NCBI RefSeq assembly: GCF_001194135.2 | Contig: NC_068983.1 | Location: forward strand, 35,875,335-35,939,334 | DNA: 64,000 nt | Reading direction: 5' to 3' | From: Octopus bimaculoides | Taxonomy: Eukaryota | In this document: positions 23,785 through 35,400 of the stretch, piece after piece | Position numbering within the stretch: the stretch's first letter is position 1 | How the letters are laid out: every line of letters starts with the position of its first letter | The notes under the pieces: model-generated | Told to the model about the DNA's origin: nothing | Database searches by the model: none | Seen by the model: only the letters and a program-made list of their open reading frames with translations | Made by a program: the position numbers and the translations under genes

Positions 23785-24001
23785 AGATGTATATAGTAGT
23801 ACCTTGACTGATGAGTGTCCCAACTAATGAGATTTTTGAGATACAAGCCATCTCATGGCCAATTTTTTGCTTTGAGTTGCAACCTAAACTTTATGTTACA
23901 AGCCAGCTTCAGATACTCCACCGCTAGTTGGTGTAGCGAACACCATAGTGAACGCCATAACATCTGTCCAGCATCTCATGTCTCACTAAATAGCTAGACA
24001 G

Positions 24002-24043
<42 letters not shown>

Positions 24044-24411
24044 NNNNNNNNNNNNNNNNNNNNNNNNNNNNNNNNNNNNNNNNNNNNNNNNNNNNNNNNN
24101 NNNNNNNNNNNNNNNNNNNNNNNNNNNNNNNNNNNNNNNNNNNNNNNNNNNNNNNNNNNNNNNNNNNNNNNNNNNNNNNNNNNNNNNNNNNNNNNNNNNN
24201 NNNNNNNNNNNNNNNNNNNNNNNNNNNNNNNNNNNNNNNNNNNNNNNNNNNNNNNNNNNNNNNNNNNNNNNNNNNNNNNNNNNNNNNNNNNNNNNNNNNN
24301 NNNNNNNNNNNNNNNNNNNNNNNNNNNNNNNNNNNNNNNNNNNNNNNNNNNNNNNNNNNNNNNNNNNNNNNNNNNNNNNNNNNNNNNNNNNNNNNNNNNN
24401 NNNNNNNNNNN

Positions 24412-25054
24412 GGGTACGACGTTTCACGGTTAAGAGTATGAAGTTACTCTATTCCGATCTTCAGCCACAATATTCGAATAAATTTGAAAGTGTCTAATAA
24501 AAACTCATGTGAATTTTGACCATGCAACATCAAAACCACGTGAGGAAGGCACTTACGAAATTTATTGGCTAGTGAGTTCAAACTCTTCACTCCAAAGAAT
24601 CTATTCTATGTGCGTCACAAATAGTCCCGTATAAAAAAGTCCCGTATGAAGGGTTACGGTTTAACCATCCAATTAGAGGCATCAATATAAAATATACAGA
24701 TATAGGGCAGGGAATCGTCAATTAGTAATAAAATTAATAATTAACAATTTTGCCAAGTAGTTTGCCAAGTATATTTTATATTGATGCCTCTAATTGGATG
24801 GTTAAACAGTAACCCTTCATACGGGACTTTTTTATACGGGACTATTTGTGACGCACATAGAATAGATTCTTTGGAGTGAAAAGTTTGAACTCACTAGCCG
24901 ATAAATGTCGTAAGTGCCTTCCTCATGTGGTTTTGATGCCGCATGGTCAAAATTCACATGAGTTTTTATTAGACACCTTCAAATTTATTCGAATATTGTG
25001 GCTGAAGATCGGAATAGAGTAACTTCATACTCTTAACCGTGAAATGTCGTACCC
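24412..25054. mobile_element. Foldback / MULE-like non-autonomous element with 286 bp inverted arms
   Basis: 24412-24697 is the reverse complement of 24769-25054 with about 9 mismatches counted by eye; 71 bp spacer; ends GGGTACGAC...GTCGTACCC; left flank lost in gap. Confidence 0.9.
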
Positions 25055-25241
25055 AATAAACTAAAGGCAGGTTTGTTTTTGCTTTTCTCTTGTTTTTTGT
25101 TCTGTGTGTGCCATAAATATCGCCATCCGTTAGAGAAAAAATTTGTAGTTTGGAATCAGTAGTTCTTTGACTGCTATTTCTAAATTCTCAGTATGTTGGA
25201 GAAGCAACTCATGCTAATCCCTGTATATTTATGAGTATATA

Positions 25242-25291
<50 letters not shown>

Positions 25292-25821
25292 TTATAAAAT
25301 CTGGTAATTAATCATATATTAATTAATATCGATTAATTATCAGGAGGCCAGCACATCTAAAGAATCAAAGAGATTTAGAAATAGTATCTGCAATCTCAGG
25401 GGATTAAGGTACATTTAAAAAAAATAACGTTGACCACTAACGTGGACAATTAATGTGCTAGAAATAGATCACATCTTGTGTCTATTAAGACCTAAATTGT
25501 TCATATATATAGGCAAATTCAACAAAAATAAAAATAAAACAGAACACGATCTGAACACACACACACATACAATGTTAGATGTAAGCTTCAATTTGAATTT
25601 GCATCATATTTTCTGATATCATTTATTAAAATTGTTCCAGTTAGTTGGTAGTGGAAAAGAAATTAGTAGAGACAAATAGGAAGTAGATTACTCTAATAAT
25701 TGATCCATCTACAAAATGAACAATCATCCATGCTGAAGATATCTAGGGTGTGACAATCACAAAAACATGTTTGAAGAAACTAAATTAGTGTTATCTAAAT
25801 ATAATTCTGAGTAATTATTTT

Positions 25822-26153
25822 AAACTAGCAGAGATACCCGGCGTTGCCCGTGTTACATGCAATTGAAGAATTAGACCTTTCTGTTATATTTTCTCTAATG
25901 AACTGGAATACCTATGATTCAAATCATGTAATCATGACACATGTATCCCATACTACTGATCTTTATGCGCAGATTCCAAAATTCCAGTCTTATGGAACCT
26001 GTTAAAAAGATTTTGCTCCTGTAAAATGGAGGTCATGGAGCTCTAAAAGTGGGAGTTAAGGTCCCTATTGAGGGTGGGTGTCTTAATGTCAACCAGAGAA
26101 GTTGAATTGTTGAGAATCTTTTTAAGTTGGGTCTTATATGTATTTTTCGAATG

Positions 26154-26184
<31 letters not shown>

Positions 26185-26557
26185 NNNNNNNNNNNNNNNN
26201 NNNNNNNNNNNNNNNNNNNNNNNNNNNNNNNNNNNNNNNNNNNNNNNNNNNNNNNNNNNNNNNNNNNNNNNNNNNNNNNNNNNNNNNNNNNNNNNNNNNN
26301 NNNNNNNNNNNNNNNNNNNNNNNNNNNNNNNNNNNNNNNNNNNNNNNNNNNNNNNNNNNNNNNNNNNNNNNNNNNNNNNNNNNNNNNNNNNNNNNNNNNN
26401 NNNNNNNNNNNNNNNNNNNNNNNNNNNNNNNNNNNNNNNNNNNNNNNNNNNNNNNNNNNNNNNNNNNTGGGTGGGTCCTCCAGCACTACCGCATATGTAT
26501 ATGTTTTTCGCAGTACACAAATGGCAGGTAGATACAGACTTCAAGTGAGATATATAG
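25822..26557 (+). mobile_element. Probable Helitron-like (HINE/Lep1-type) non-autonomous element with internal (TG)n and gap
   Basis: 5' AAACTAGCAGAGATACCCGGCGTTGCCCG, internal microsatellite, 3' ..GACTTCAAGTGAGATATATAG; architecture inferred from known HINE-type elements. Confidence 0.45.
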
Positions 26558-27095
26558 GTGACATTGATTTCAAAGTATGGCACATTCCAACCTCTTTTTT
26601 ATTTGCTGTGGTGGTGGTTTTAAATCCTTTACAAAGAAACCATTTCCTCTGGGAAAGCTAATACATTACTTATATTCATTTGAGAATAGAAATTATAAGT
26701 TCATAGTGTGAGAATATGGGACATGGGGACTAATTTCTTATTCATATATTTTTGCTTGCTATTCACAACCAGAACAAAGCAACCATAGTACACAGGCAGA
26801 TGTATATATATATGTGTGATATGTGCACGAGTGCTTGTATATGTGTGTATGTATATATATATATGATAGATAAATAGATAGAGAGAGAGAGAGAGACAGG
26901 CAGACAGGTAGATAAATAAATAGATAGATAGGTATGTATTTCTGTATACACACACTAGTTATTCAGGTAACTTTTTATTTCTTCTTTTTTTTTGTATTCT
27001 AGTGCATCAATTTAAAATACCTTGTTACTATGTAAAGGAATCTATTTTTGATCTCCATGTGATTATCCTCTATTGATCTGCAATTTATTTCAGGC

Positions 27096-27330
27096 CACCA
27101 CCAGCACAACTACAAAAACACCAACAACAGCACGGAACACACACACAAAGACAAGAACAACAGCACTAATAGAAGTAACAACAGCAACAATAACAACATG
27201 AATAAAATCAACCAGAACTATATCAACACTGCCAACAACAACAACAACAACAGCAGCAGCAGCAGCAGCAGCAGCATTTGGAGAAATAACAGCAACAACA
27301 AAGCCAACAACTTATCAATACTGCCACTAA
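27096..27330. repeat. Decayed (AAC)n/(AGC)n trinucleotide tract
   Basis: Mixed AAC/ACC/AGC runs. Confidence 0.8.
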
Positions 27331-27793
27331 CCACAATACCTTGGCAGGAAGTAGTTAATTTCCTTTATCTGACCACCACCACCTAGCCCCTGCCTGTACC
27401 ACCTCTTGGTATTAGGACAAGATTTTGGCAGAATGACACTGCAATAAATATCTAAACCCTGGTAGAGAAGTGAGAGGAAGAACCCTGAAGAGAAAGAGTA
27501 ATTTCTATAATAAAACCTGATTGTACATCACCACTGGACAACAAACAATGGTGTGTGTGTGTGTATAACAAAGAGGTTTAGTACAACCACATTATTCACA
27601 GCATGATTAAAGAGTAAGGACACGGTCACCAAGGACAGACAGACAGGCAAGGACTCTCTTTCAATGACAGAAAGTGGGCCAGACAAAATCCAATACTGTA
27701 TTTCGTTCTTCATTCTTGAGTCACAGTTCTAATTCAAATTTCTCCAAGCTTGTTTATACCTTTCATCTCTTGAGGTTGACAGACAAAATAAGT

Positions 27794-28462
27794 CTTTCAA
27801 ATATTGGCACAAGGAAAAGCAATTTTGAGGGAGGAGGGTAGGGGTAGTCAATTACATCACCCTCAGTGCTAAACTGGTACTTATTTTAACAACCTTGAAA
27901 GGATGAAAGGCAAAGTCAACCTCAGAGGGATTTGAACTCAGAGTGTAATAAGTTTGGAAGAAATACCACTAAGCATTTTGTCTGACACTAACAATTCTGC
28001 CAGCTCACTGCTTTGTTGATAGACAAAGTGACTCTTTCTACTATAGACACAAAGCCTGAAATTTGGTGGAAGGAGGCCAGTCGATTTCATTAACCTTAAT
28101 ATTTGATTGGTGCTTAATTTATTAACCCTGAAAGGACAAAAGGCAAAATTGACTTTAGTGAAATTTGAACTCAAAGCAGAGACAGAAGAATTTCTTATTT
28201 CTTTATTGCCCACAAGAGGCTAAACATAGAGGGGACAAACAAGGACAGACAAAGGGATTAAGTTGATTACATCGACCCCGAAAGGATGAAAGGCAAAGTC
28301 GATCTCGGCGGAATTTGAACTCAGAACGTAATGGCAGACGAAATACCGCTTAGCATTTCGCCTGGTGTGCTAATGTTTCTGCCAGCTTGCCACCTTGAAA
28401 TGAGACAGATGAATTTCTGCTAAGCATTTTGTCTGGGATATGAACAATTCTGCCAGCTCACC
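27794..28462 (-). mobile_element. Cluster of three SINE family C copies, one nested (28196-28401)
   Basis: Repeated GAAAGGATGAAAGGCAAAGTC..ATTTGAACTCAG; nested copy bounded by GAGACAGA(A/T)GAATTTCT at 28179-28195 and 28402-28418. Confidence 0.85.
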
Positions 28463-28875
28463 ACTTTGTTGTTAGACAAAATAATGCCAATATAATAATA
28501 TACTGGGTAATCAATTACACACATTTCTCTCCTGCAATAATCAATATTACTGTTGCTTGGTTGCCTGTTGTGTTTTCGATGATACCTAAGAACTCTTCCA
28601 GTTACTTGTGTAGGCATATATAAAACACAACTGCAAGCAAATAACAATGACTAAAGACAAACTCAGAGTTTTCTCTATCCACTTCATCATAGAAGTTTAT
28701 TTGCATTGACTTTTAACTTTCCCACCTTAAAACTATATCATCTTTCTTTCATTAAGACATGCAACGAAGGGAACAAACACTGGCTATGGTTGGTACTGGA
28801 AATTCCCAAAAGAGGGGAGTGAATGTTTTAACTTATAAATAATGGTTTATTCGAGAGTGAATGTTTAGCTTATGA

Positions 28876-29081
28876 ATGGTTTCAAATTTTGGCACAAGGC
28901 CAGCAATTCTGGGGAGGGGGTAAGGCGATAACATGTTCAACTGGTACTTATTTTATTGACCCTGAAAGGATGAAAGGCAAAGTCGACCCAGCAGCATTTT
29001 TGAACTCAGAATGTGAAGTCGGAAGAAATGTCACTAACCGTTTTTCCTGATATGGTAATGCCTCTGCCAGCTCACCGCCTT
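28876..29081 (-). mobile_element. SINE family C
   Basis: Tail type TTTCAAATTTTGGCACAAGGCC; head ..CTGCCAGCTCACCGCCTT. Confidence 0.85.
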
Positions 29082-29107
29082 ATTTAGCTTATAAATAATA
29101 ATGACAT

Positions 29108-29478
29108 ATCTTTTACTTCTTTCAGTCACTGGACAGCAGCCATGTAGGGACACTATCTTGACAAGCTTAGTCAAACAAATCAACTCCAGTACTTTTTAAG
29201 TTTGGAACTTACCCTAGTTTCTTCTGTCAAAACTGCTAAGTTATAAGAATGTAAACAAACCAACACCAGCTGTCAAGCAGTGGGAGAAAAGGACAATCAC
29301 AAACATACAGATACATATATGTGATGCGCTCCCACACAGTTTCCATCTACCAAATTCACCCATGCGGTACTTGTCAGCCTAAGGCTGCAGTAAAAGACCC
29401 CCACCTAAGGAATCACATAGTGGGACTGAACCCAAATTCACATGGTTGCAAAACAAACTCCTTAACCACAGACATGCT
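29108..29478 (-). mobile_element. SINE family A, diverged
   Basis: Alignable to revcomp of the adjacent copy. Confidence 0.75.
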
Positions 29479-29488
29479 GACACTTATA

Positions 29489-29876
29489 GCCAAGATGTGG
29501 CTGTGTGATAAGTATCTTGCTTACCAACCACATGGTTTCAGGTTCAGTCCCACTGTGTTGCACCTTGGGCAAGTGTCTTCTACTATAGCCTCAGGGTGAC
29601 CAAAGCCTTGTGAGTGAATTTGGTAGACGGAAACTGAAAGAAGCCCACTGTATACATATGTGTGTATGTGTGTGTTTGTGTGTGTGTTTGTCCTCCCACC
29701 ATTGCTTGACAACCGATACTGGTGTGTTTACATCCCTGTAGCTTAGCGGTTCAACAAAAGAGACCAATAGAGTAAGTACTAGACTTACAAAGAATAAGTC
29801 CTTGGGTCGATTTGTTCGACTAAAGGCAGTGCTCCAGCATGGCCGTAGTCAAATGACTGAAACAAATAAAAGAAAG
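29489..29876 (+). mobile_element. SINE family A, full length
   Basis: Near-consensus match to 11611-12033. Confidence 0.9.
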
Positions 29877-30057
29877 TAGGAACTGTTAGAAATAGATAAT
29901 TGCAATGAGGTGCCTAAATGGCCTCACGGGGAGAGTTGAGAAATTGGTTTGCAAGATTGTATGGAAAAGAGAATGAGGGATGAGATAGGGAAGCAGACTG
30001 CCAGAAGGGGAAGGATTGATCGGTGGATGAGTGTGTGTGTGTGGGGAGGGGGGGGAG

Positions 30058-30480
30058 GTTATAGAGTTGTCCTCACCCAAATGAATCACATGTCCATACC
30101 AACACAGTCTTCTTTCTTGTACATCACAACCAATTCCTCTAATGCCCAGTTTTTCACTCAGCAACTTTGTAGTAATTCTTTCATGTACATTCACATTGTA
30201 CATCCAAACAAAGAATGCTTGCTTCATTTCTCAGGTCCTCCACATTCAAGGCCCATGTCTCACTACTGTACAGCATTGCTGTTTTAACACAAGCATCATA
30301 GTCTGCCCTTCGTGCTTAGAGAAAAAGACCTAACACCAGTTAGCAGTGGTAGTAGTTCACTGAACTTTCTCCATCCCATTCTCACATCCAGTGGCTGTAA
30401 TCCTTTCAGAGCAACTACTTCACTTGATAATTATATCTCCTAGGTAACAAAAGCTATCAACTACTTCTCCAAGCACTGGT
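30058..30480 (-). mobile_element. Degraded RTE LINE ORF fragment
   Basis: LEVVDSFCYLGD..RMGWRKFSELLPLL..KGRL then WMYNVNV..KLGIRGIGCDVQERRLCWYGHV (ORF track 29886..30227). Confidence 0.85.
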
Positions 30481-30865
30481 GTTGATGTAATCAACCAATC
30501 CTTCCTCCTCTCAAAACTCGAAAGGATGACAGGCCAAGTTGACCTAAGTGGGACGTGAGCTCAGAATATAAAGAATCAAAACAAATACTACAAGGCATTT
30601 TTACAGACATTCTAGCTATGCTGCCAATCCATGATACTTCAAATAGTGATTTCACATTTTGGCAATTTTTGAAATTTTTAGGGGTGGGGTGCAAATTGAT
30701 TACATCAACCCCAGTACTTGACTGGTACTCTATTTTATTGGTCCCACCAAAAGGATGAAAGGTGAAGTCAACCATGGTGGCATTTGAACACAGAATGTAA
30801 AGCTGAAAGAAATGTCACTAAGTATTTTGTCTGGCACAGTAACAATTCTGCCAGTTCACTGCAAT
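30480..30865 (-). mobile_element. Two SINE family C copies (one partial)
   Basis: GAAAGGATGA..GTC.ACC and CAATTCTGCCAG motifs twice. Confidence 0.7.
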
Positions 30866-31175
30866 GATAAGCAGAACTTTGAATTTACTTCTTACCAAAT
30901 ACAACAAACTATATAAATAAGATTGAAGACTTTAAATATTTTTATTCAACATTTCTTTATCAATGTTTACATCAATATAACAGGTTTGTCTTTCCACAGC
31001 AGTTACCATGGGAACTACAGAAGTGAATCGAAGCATATGTAACTAAAGGTGAAGTTCTGTATTAGAGTGTTTTCGTTTTTACCAACAACGAGAGAGAGAG
31101 AGAGAGAGGGGGGAAGAGAGAGAGAGNNNNNNNNNNNNNNNNNNNNNNNNNNNNNNNNNNNNNNNNNNNNNNNNN

Positions 31176-31213
<38 letters not shown>

Positions 31214-33078
31214 AATGTGTTCAATATTAAGTGTAACAAAGCATCTATAAATTGACTGGAGGTATTTCAGTTGGGTGTCCTTCATAACACCAGCATTTGG
31301 GTAACACAGTACACATATTCTAATCAATAAATGCTTGAACTTGATACATGAGAGGAGTGAATGTGTTATTTCAGTCAGGAAATACTTATACAGCTGTGAT
31401 TTAAAAAATTTTTTTATCTATTTATTTATTCATTTACAGTGAAAACTTTAGTATACTTTTCCAGCATGATTAAACACCAAATTCTCAAAGATAGCATGTA
31501 ATTCACCAGAATGTACCCAAGAGCTTTTTTTGTTTGTTTTTTAACTCATATTTTTAATTGAGCTTGCTCTAAGAATCAGTACATTTCTAGTACTCACTCA
31601 CATGCACTATTCCAGAATGATTAACATTTTCTTAATTTCCTGCATCAACTTGTCCCAAATCAAAATAAGAATAAAATCAATTTTTTTTAAATTTCTATTT
31701 TGATAAAGAGAAAGAAAAACTTTGCTTTCTTTGATGTTTACAAAAATCTACAGAATATTAAATACCACTATAAAGACTGTAGTTATATTCAGAACATTTT
31801 TTTAAAAATCATTTTAAATAAACAAACACCAAGTAATAATTCTTATGCTTATTGTTTGCTTTCAATCAGAATTTATCACACTAATAAATTCACAAAAAAA
31901 TTTTATGAGTTTATTATCACACAAATAAATTTAGCAGAAAATTGATTCTTTTCATTGAAACTAAACTATTTTTTCTACCATATTTCTGCAGAAACTTCAA
32001 TAAATAGAAAAACTCATTTAAAGAAAGATGTCTAGGATTTTTTCTTTTCTTTTTCTTTTCTTTTCATAATGCACAATAACCAGTGGGTATTAACATTTTT
32101 TACAAGTGATTTTTAAAAGAAATTTTTCTTAAAATGACATCATGTGTTAACTTGGTATATCTATCTAATGTTGGAACAGATACATTTACCTCCTAACACA
32201 AAGATCTTGAGTTCAAATCTGTTGCAGGCACTTCAATCATTATAGTGCATTTAATTTTACATACCTCAGGTAAACTATTAGAGATACAAAACTTGGGTAA
32301 AATTTTTATCTGCCAAAGACAGGTATTCTAAAATATAGTATATTTAACTCTCGCCTGCTCAACACATAAAACCTTACAAGATCTTTAGAGCATAGATATT
32401 TTCTCTTTCTTTCCCTCTCTTCTCTCTGCCATTAAATCATGTTCTGGAGAATGTAACTTAATGATAAACAGCATCTTAACATGCTAAAGACAGCAACGAA
32501 ATCTTTCTCAAAGAGAGAGAGATTTGGCTGCTACCTTTAGCAGGATGAGTGACCCATTATTTCTTGAGACGGAAAAGAAGGAAGGACACATTAGTTAATG
32601 TAGTTTTTAAAAGAATATACTGTTTGGAAATTAAAAATATGGAATGGTCATAACTGAAACATTTTTTATCATAGGGCTACTGGATCAATGCTAACCTGGG
32701 GTTAAGCAACAATAAAACAAGTAAAACAAAAATTGAGAGTCTCTACTGTTGTGTTAATATGACTGGCATGAAGAATTTTGACAGTAATGGCCATATTCCA
32801 AGAAAGGTTATAGCAGCAAATACAGTCGCAGTCTAAGTCATATATATATATCTCTAATAATCTGCAATAAATCATACATGAAAGTAGTAAAACAGCGAAG
32901 TCATTAAGGTATTGGAAAACCAAGTCTTATATCTAAATCCATTGTAGATATATTTAGTTATGCATTTGGTAAATGCTGTTAATTCAAAGTATTAAAGTTC
33001 ATTTAGCTGTTAAGAATAAGTTCCAAGCCTTCTGAAATATTAGCTGTAATAAAGGCTGATGTCCTGATTATCCATTGA

Positions 33079-33228
33079 GGATGGCGTTAGGAAAGGCATC
33101 CAGCTGTAGAAACTCTGCCAAATCAGATTGGAGCCTGGTGTAGCCATCTGGTTCACCAGTCCTCCGTCAAATCGTCCAACCCATGCTAGCATGGAAAGCG
33201 GACGTTAAACGATGATGATGATGATGAT
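33079..33228 (+). mobile_element. RTE LINE 3' terminal domain, young
   Basis: GGCGTTAGGAAAGGCATCCAGCTGTAGAAA..GGAAAGCGGACGTTAAAC(GAT)n. Confidence 0.9.
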
Positions 33229-33231
33229 ATC

Positions 33232-33660
33232 AAGCATAGCTCTGTGGTTAAGAAGGTTGCTTCCCAACCACATAGTTTTGGGTTCAGTCCCACTGTTTGG
33301 TACCTCGGGCTAGTGTCTTCTACTAAAGCCATAGGTCAACTGAAGTTTTGTCAGTGGATTTTGTAAGTAAAACCTGGAAAAGCCTGTCATGTGCCTGTGT
33401 GTATTTGTGCCTCCTTGTCTTGACCTCATGTGGTAGCTGTAAACGAATGTAACAAATGTAATTGACATACTGTCATACAAGCAGGGAGTCATTCCAAATT
33501 TCCCATGGAAAACATGTCTGGTCATAGAGAAATAGTATCTTGCTTTGAGACAAGTGAAGGTTGGTAACAGCCATAGAAAATCTGCCACAATAAATTCCAT
33601 CCGACCCATGCAAGCATGGAAAAGTGGCTGTAAAAACAATGATGGTGATAACGATGACAT
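33232..33660 (+). mobile_element. SINE family D (tRNA head, unique body, RTE-type tail)
   Basis: A-type head 33232-33390, body, then CCGACCCATGCAAGCATGGAAAAGTGG..GATGGTGAT. Confidence 0.75.
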
Positions 33661-34002
33661 TTATCAGTTAATCATTTAATGTCAGGAAGTAAAAAGCATG
33701 GGTCCTTAAAAAAATTATCTAGGTCTGCAAAGATCATTTACACTGCTGCTCTTCTGACTAATTCACTAAATAGAACAGGCCAATATCTTATCCATCTACT
33801 TCACTCTGCTTTTATAGCAGGATATTAGATAAGACTGAAACTGAGATAATTTGAATTGCTTTATTAATCTGAACCCAATTAGATTAATTGAGAGTTGATG
33901 AATAAAAAGATACCAACATACCAATAAAAAAGTATTGGTGTGTTGGTATCAGAATATTCTGAGCATACAACTTAAATGTTCTAAAATGTTTAAATGCTAA
34001 AC

Positions 34003-34178
34003 TCGGCCCAAACATTCTACTTGTCTTATATTCAAACTGGCCAGATCCAGCCTCTCACACTTACCCTACAATATCATTCTAGAAATATACAATGTCATCA
34101 TCAAAATCTCAAAGCTGAGATAATACATAATTAATTCAAAGCAATGTGAATAAATAAGCTTTACATTTTCAGAGTAAT
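34003..34178. mobile_element. piggyBac-like MITE family 2, internal copy
   Basis: Revcomp match to 53660-53850 (GGCCAGATCC.GCCTCTCACAC.TACCC; AATTCAAA.CAATGTGAATAAA). Confidence 0.65.
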
Positions 34179-34510
34179 TATCGTTTAATGTCCGCTTTCC
34201 ATGCTAGCAAGGGTTGGACGATTTGACTGAGGACTGGTGAGCCAGATGGCTGAACCAGGTTCCAATCTGATTTGGCAAAGTTTCTACAGCTGAATGCCCT
34301 TCCTAATGCCAACCACTCCGAGAGTGTAGTGGGTGCTTTTACGTGCCACCGGCACGAGGGCCAGTCACACGATACTGGCAACAGCCACGCTCAAAATGGT
34401 GTTTTTTGTGCCACTTGCACAGGGGCCAGTCCAGCGGCACCGGCAACGACCTCACTTGAATGATTTCCTAACATGCCACTGGCACAAGTGCCAGTAAGGC
34501 GATGCTGGTT
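34179..34510 (-). mobile_element. RTE LINE 3' end with 3-4 UTR repeat units
   Basis: Near-identical to 49436-49790. Confidence 0.9.
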
Positions 34511-35060
34511 ACTGTAAATTCTATGGTCTAGATCCAACAGCAAAATAGGACAAAAAAAGATTAGGGACTCAGGTCTGAGAATAACATTTTTTTCTATCTT
34601 CTAACTCAAACACAAACCTTTTGTTACTTATACAGTGTTCATTCTCTTTACAGCACTAATCCACAACTAAACATTGTGCTCATTTACTACTACAAATACA
34701 TGAGCTGAGCCTAGCAGGTATTTCGCATGTTGACCACAGACTCAGTGTTCCTCGGTATTATGGATGGTGCTGCAACATTGTCGGCTCAGTTAGCTGTAAT
34801 TCCTTACATGTCTTGTAATTGTACATTAGAATGGAAACATGAACTGGTCTCTTCTATTTCAAATTACTCCATTGATTCAACTGTATATGACCAGAAAAAG
34901 TAATAAGGAATTTAAGACTGCTTCCCACCGCCAGTGTGTGATCTATTACTATGAGCTGGCATGAAAAATCTTGTGTAAAATTAGTAGAACATGACCCTAA
35001 AATCTATAAATCCTGATAGTAGTGAGTTAAAAAGACGTTGGGCAACATGAAATGTACAAG

Positions 35061-35400
35061 TAGACCTAAAAACACACACACAGAAACATACACATATATA
35101 CACATACACACACATCTACACAAACATGCACATATATATAAGCACATCTACACATACACACACACATATACACATCTACATGCACAGGCACACATATATA
35201 CACATCTACACACACGCACACACATACATACACATCTACACACACATGCACACGCACATACACATATACACATCTACACACACATGCACACGCACATACA
35301 CATATACACATCTACACACACATGCACACGCACATACACACACACACATGTACACACACATGCACACACGCACGCACGCATGCACACACACGCACACACA
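35061..35400. repeat. (CA)-derived compound minisatellite with ~38 bp higher-order unit
   Basis: CACACACATGCACACGCACATACACATATACACATCTA repeated near-perfectly at ~35238-35340. Confidence 0.85.

Noticed and set aside
25261-25560. AT-rich block after (TA)n that may be a repeat terminus
   Set aside because: No second copy, TIR, tail or ORF in the window to support a call.
10451-26661. Long ORFs in the ORF track spanning N gaps (e.g. 10451..11473, 16864..17726, 19589..20555, 26068..26661)
   Set aside because: Length comes from X residues and microsatellite dipeptides; only the RTE part of 10451..11473 is meaningful.
27098-27386. Asn/Ser/His-rich open frame after a good acceptor (TTATTTTCAG)
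   Set aside because: Decayed (AAC)n/(AGC)n repeats stay open by composition; no unique domain.
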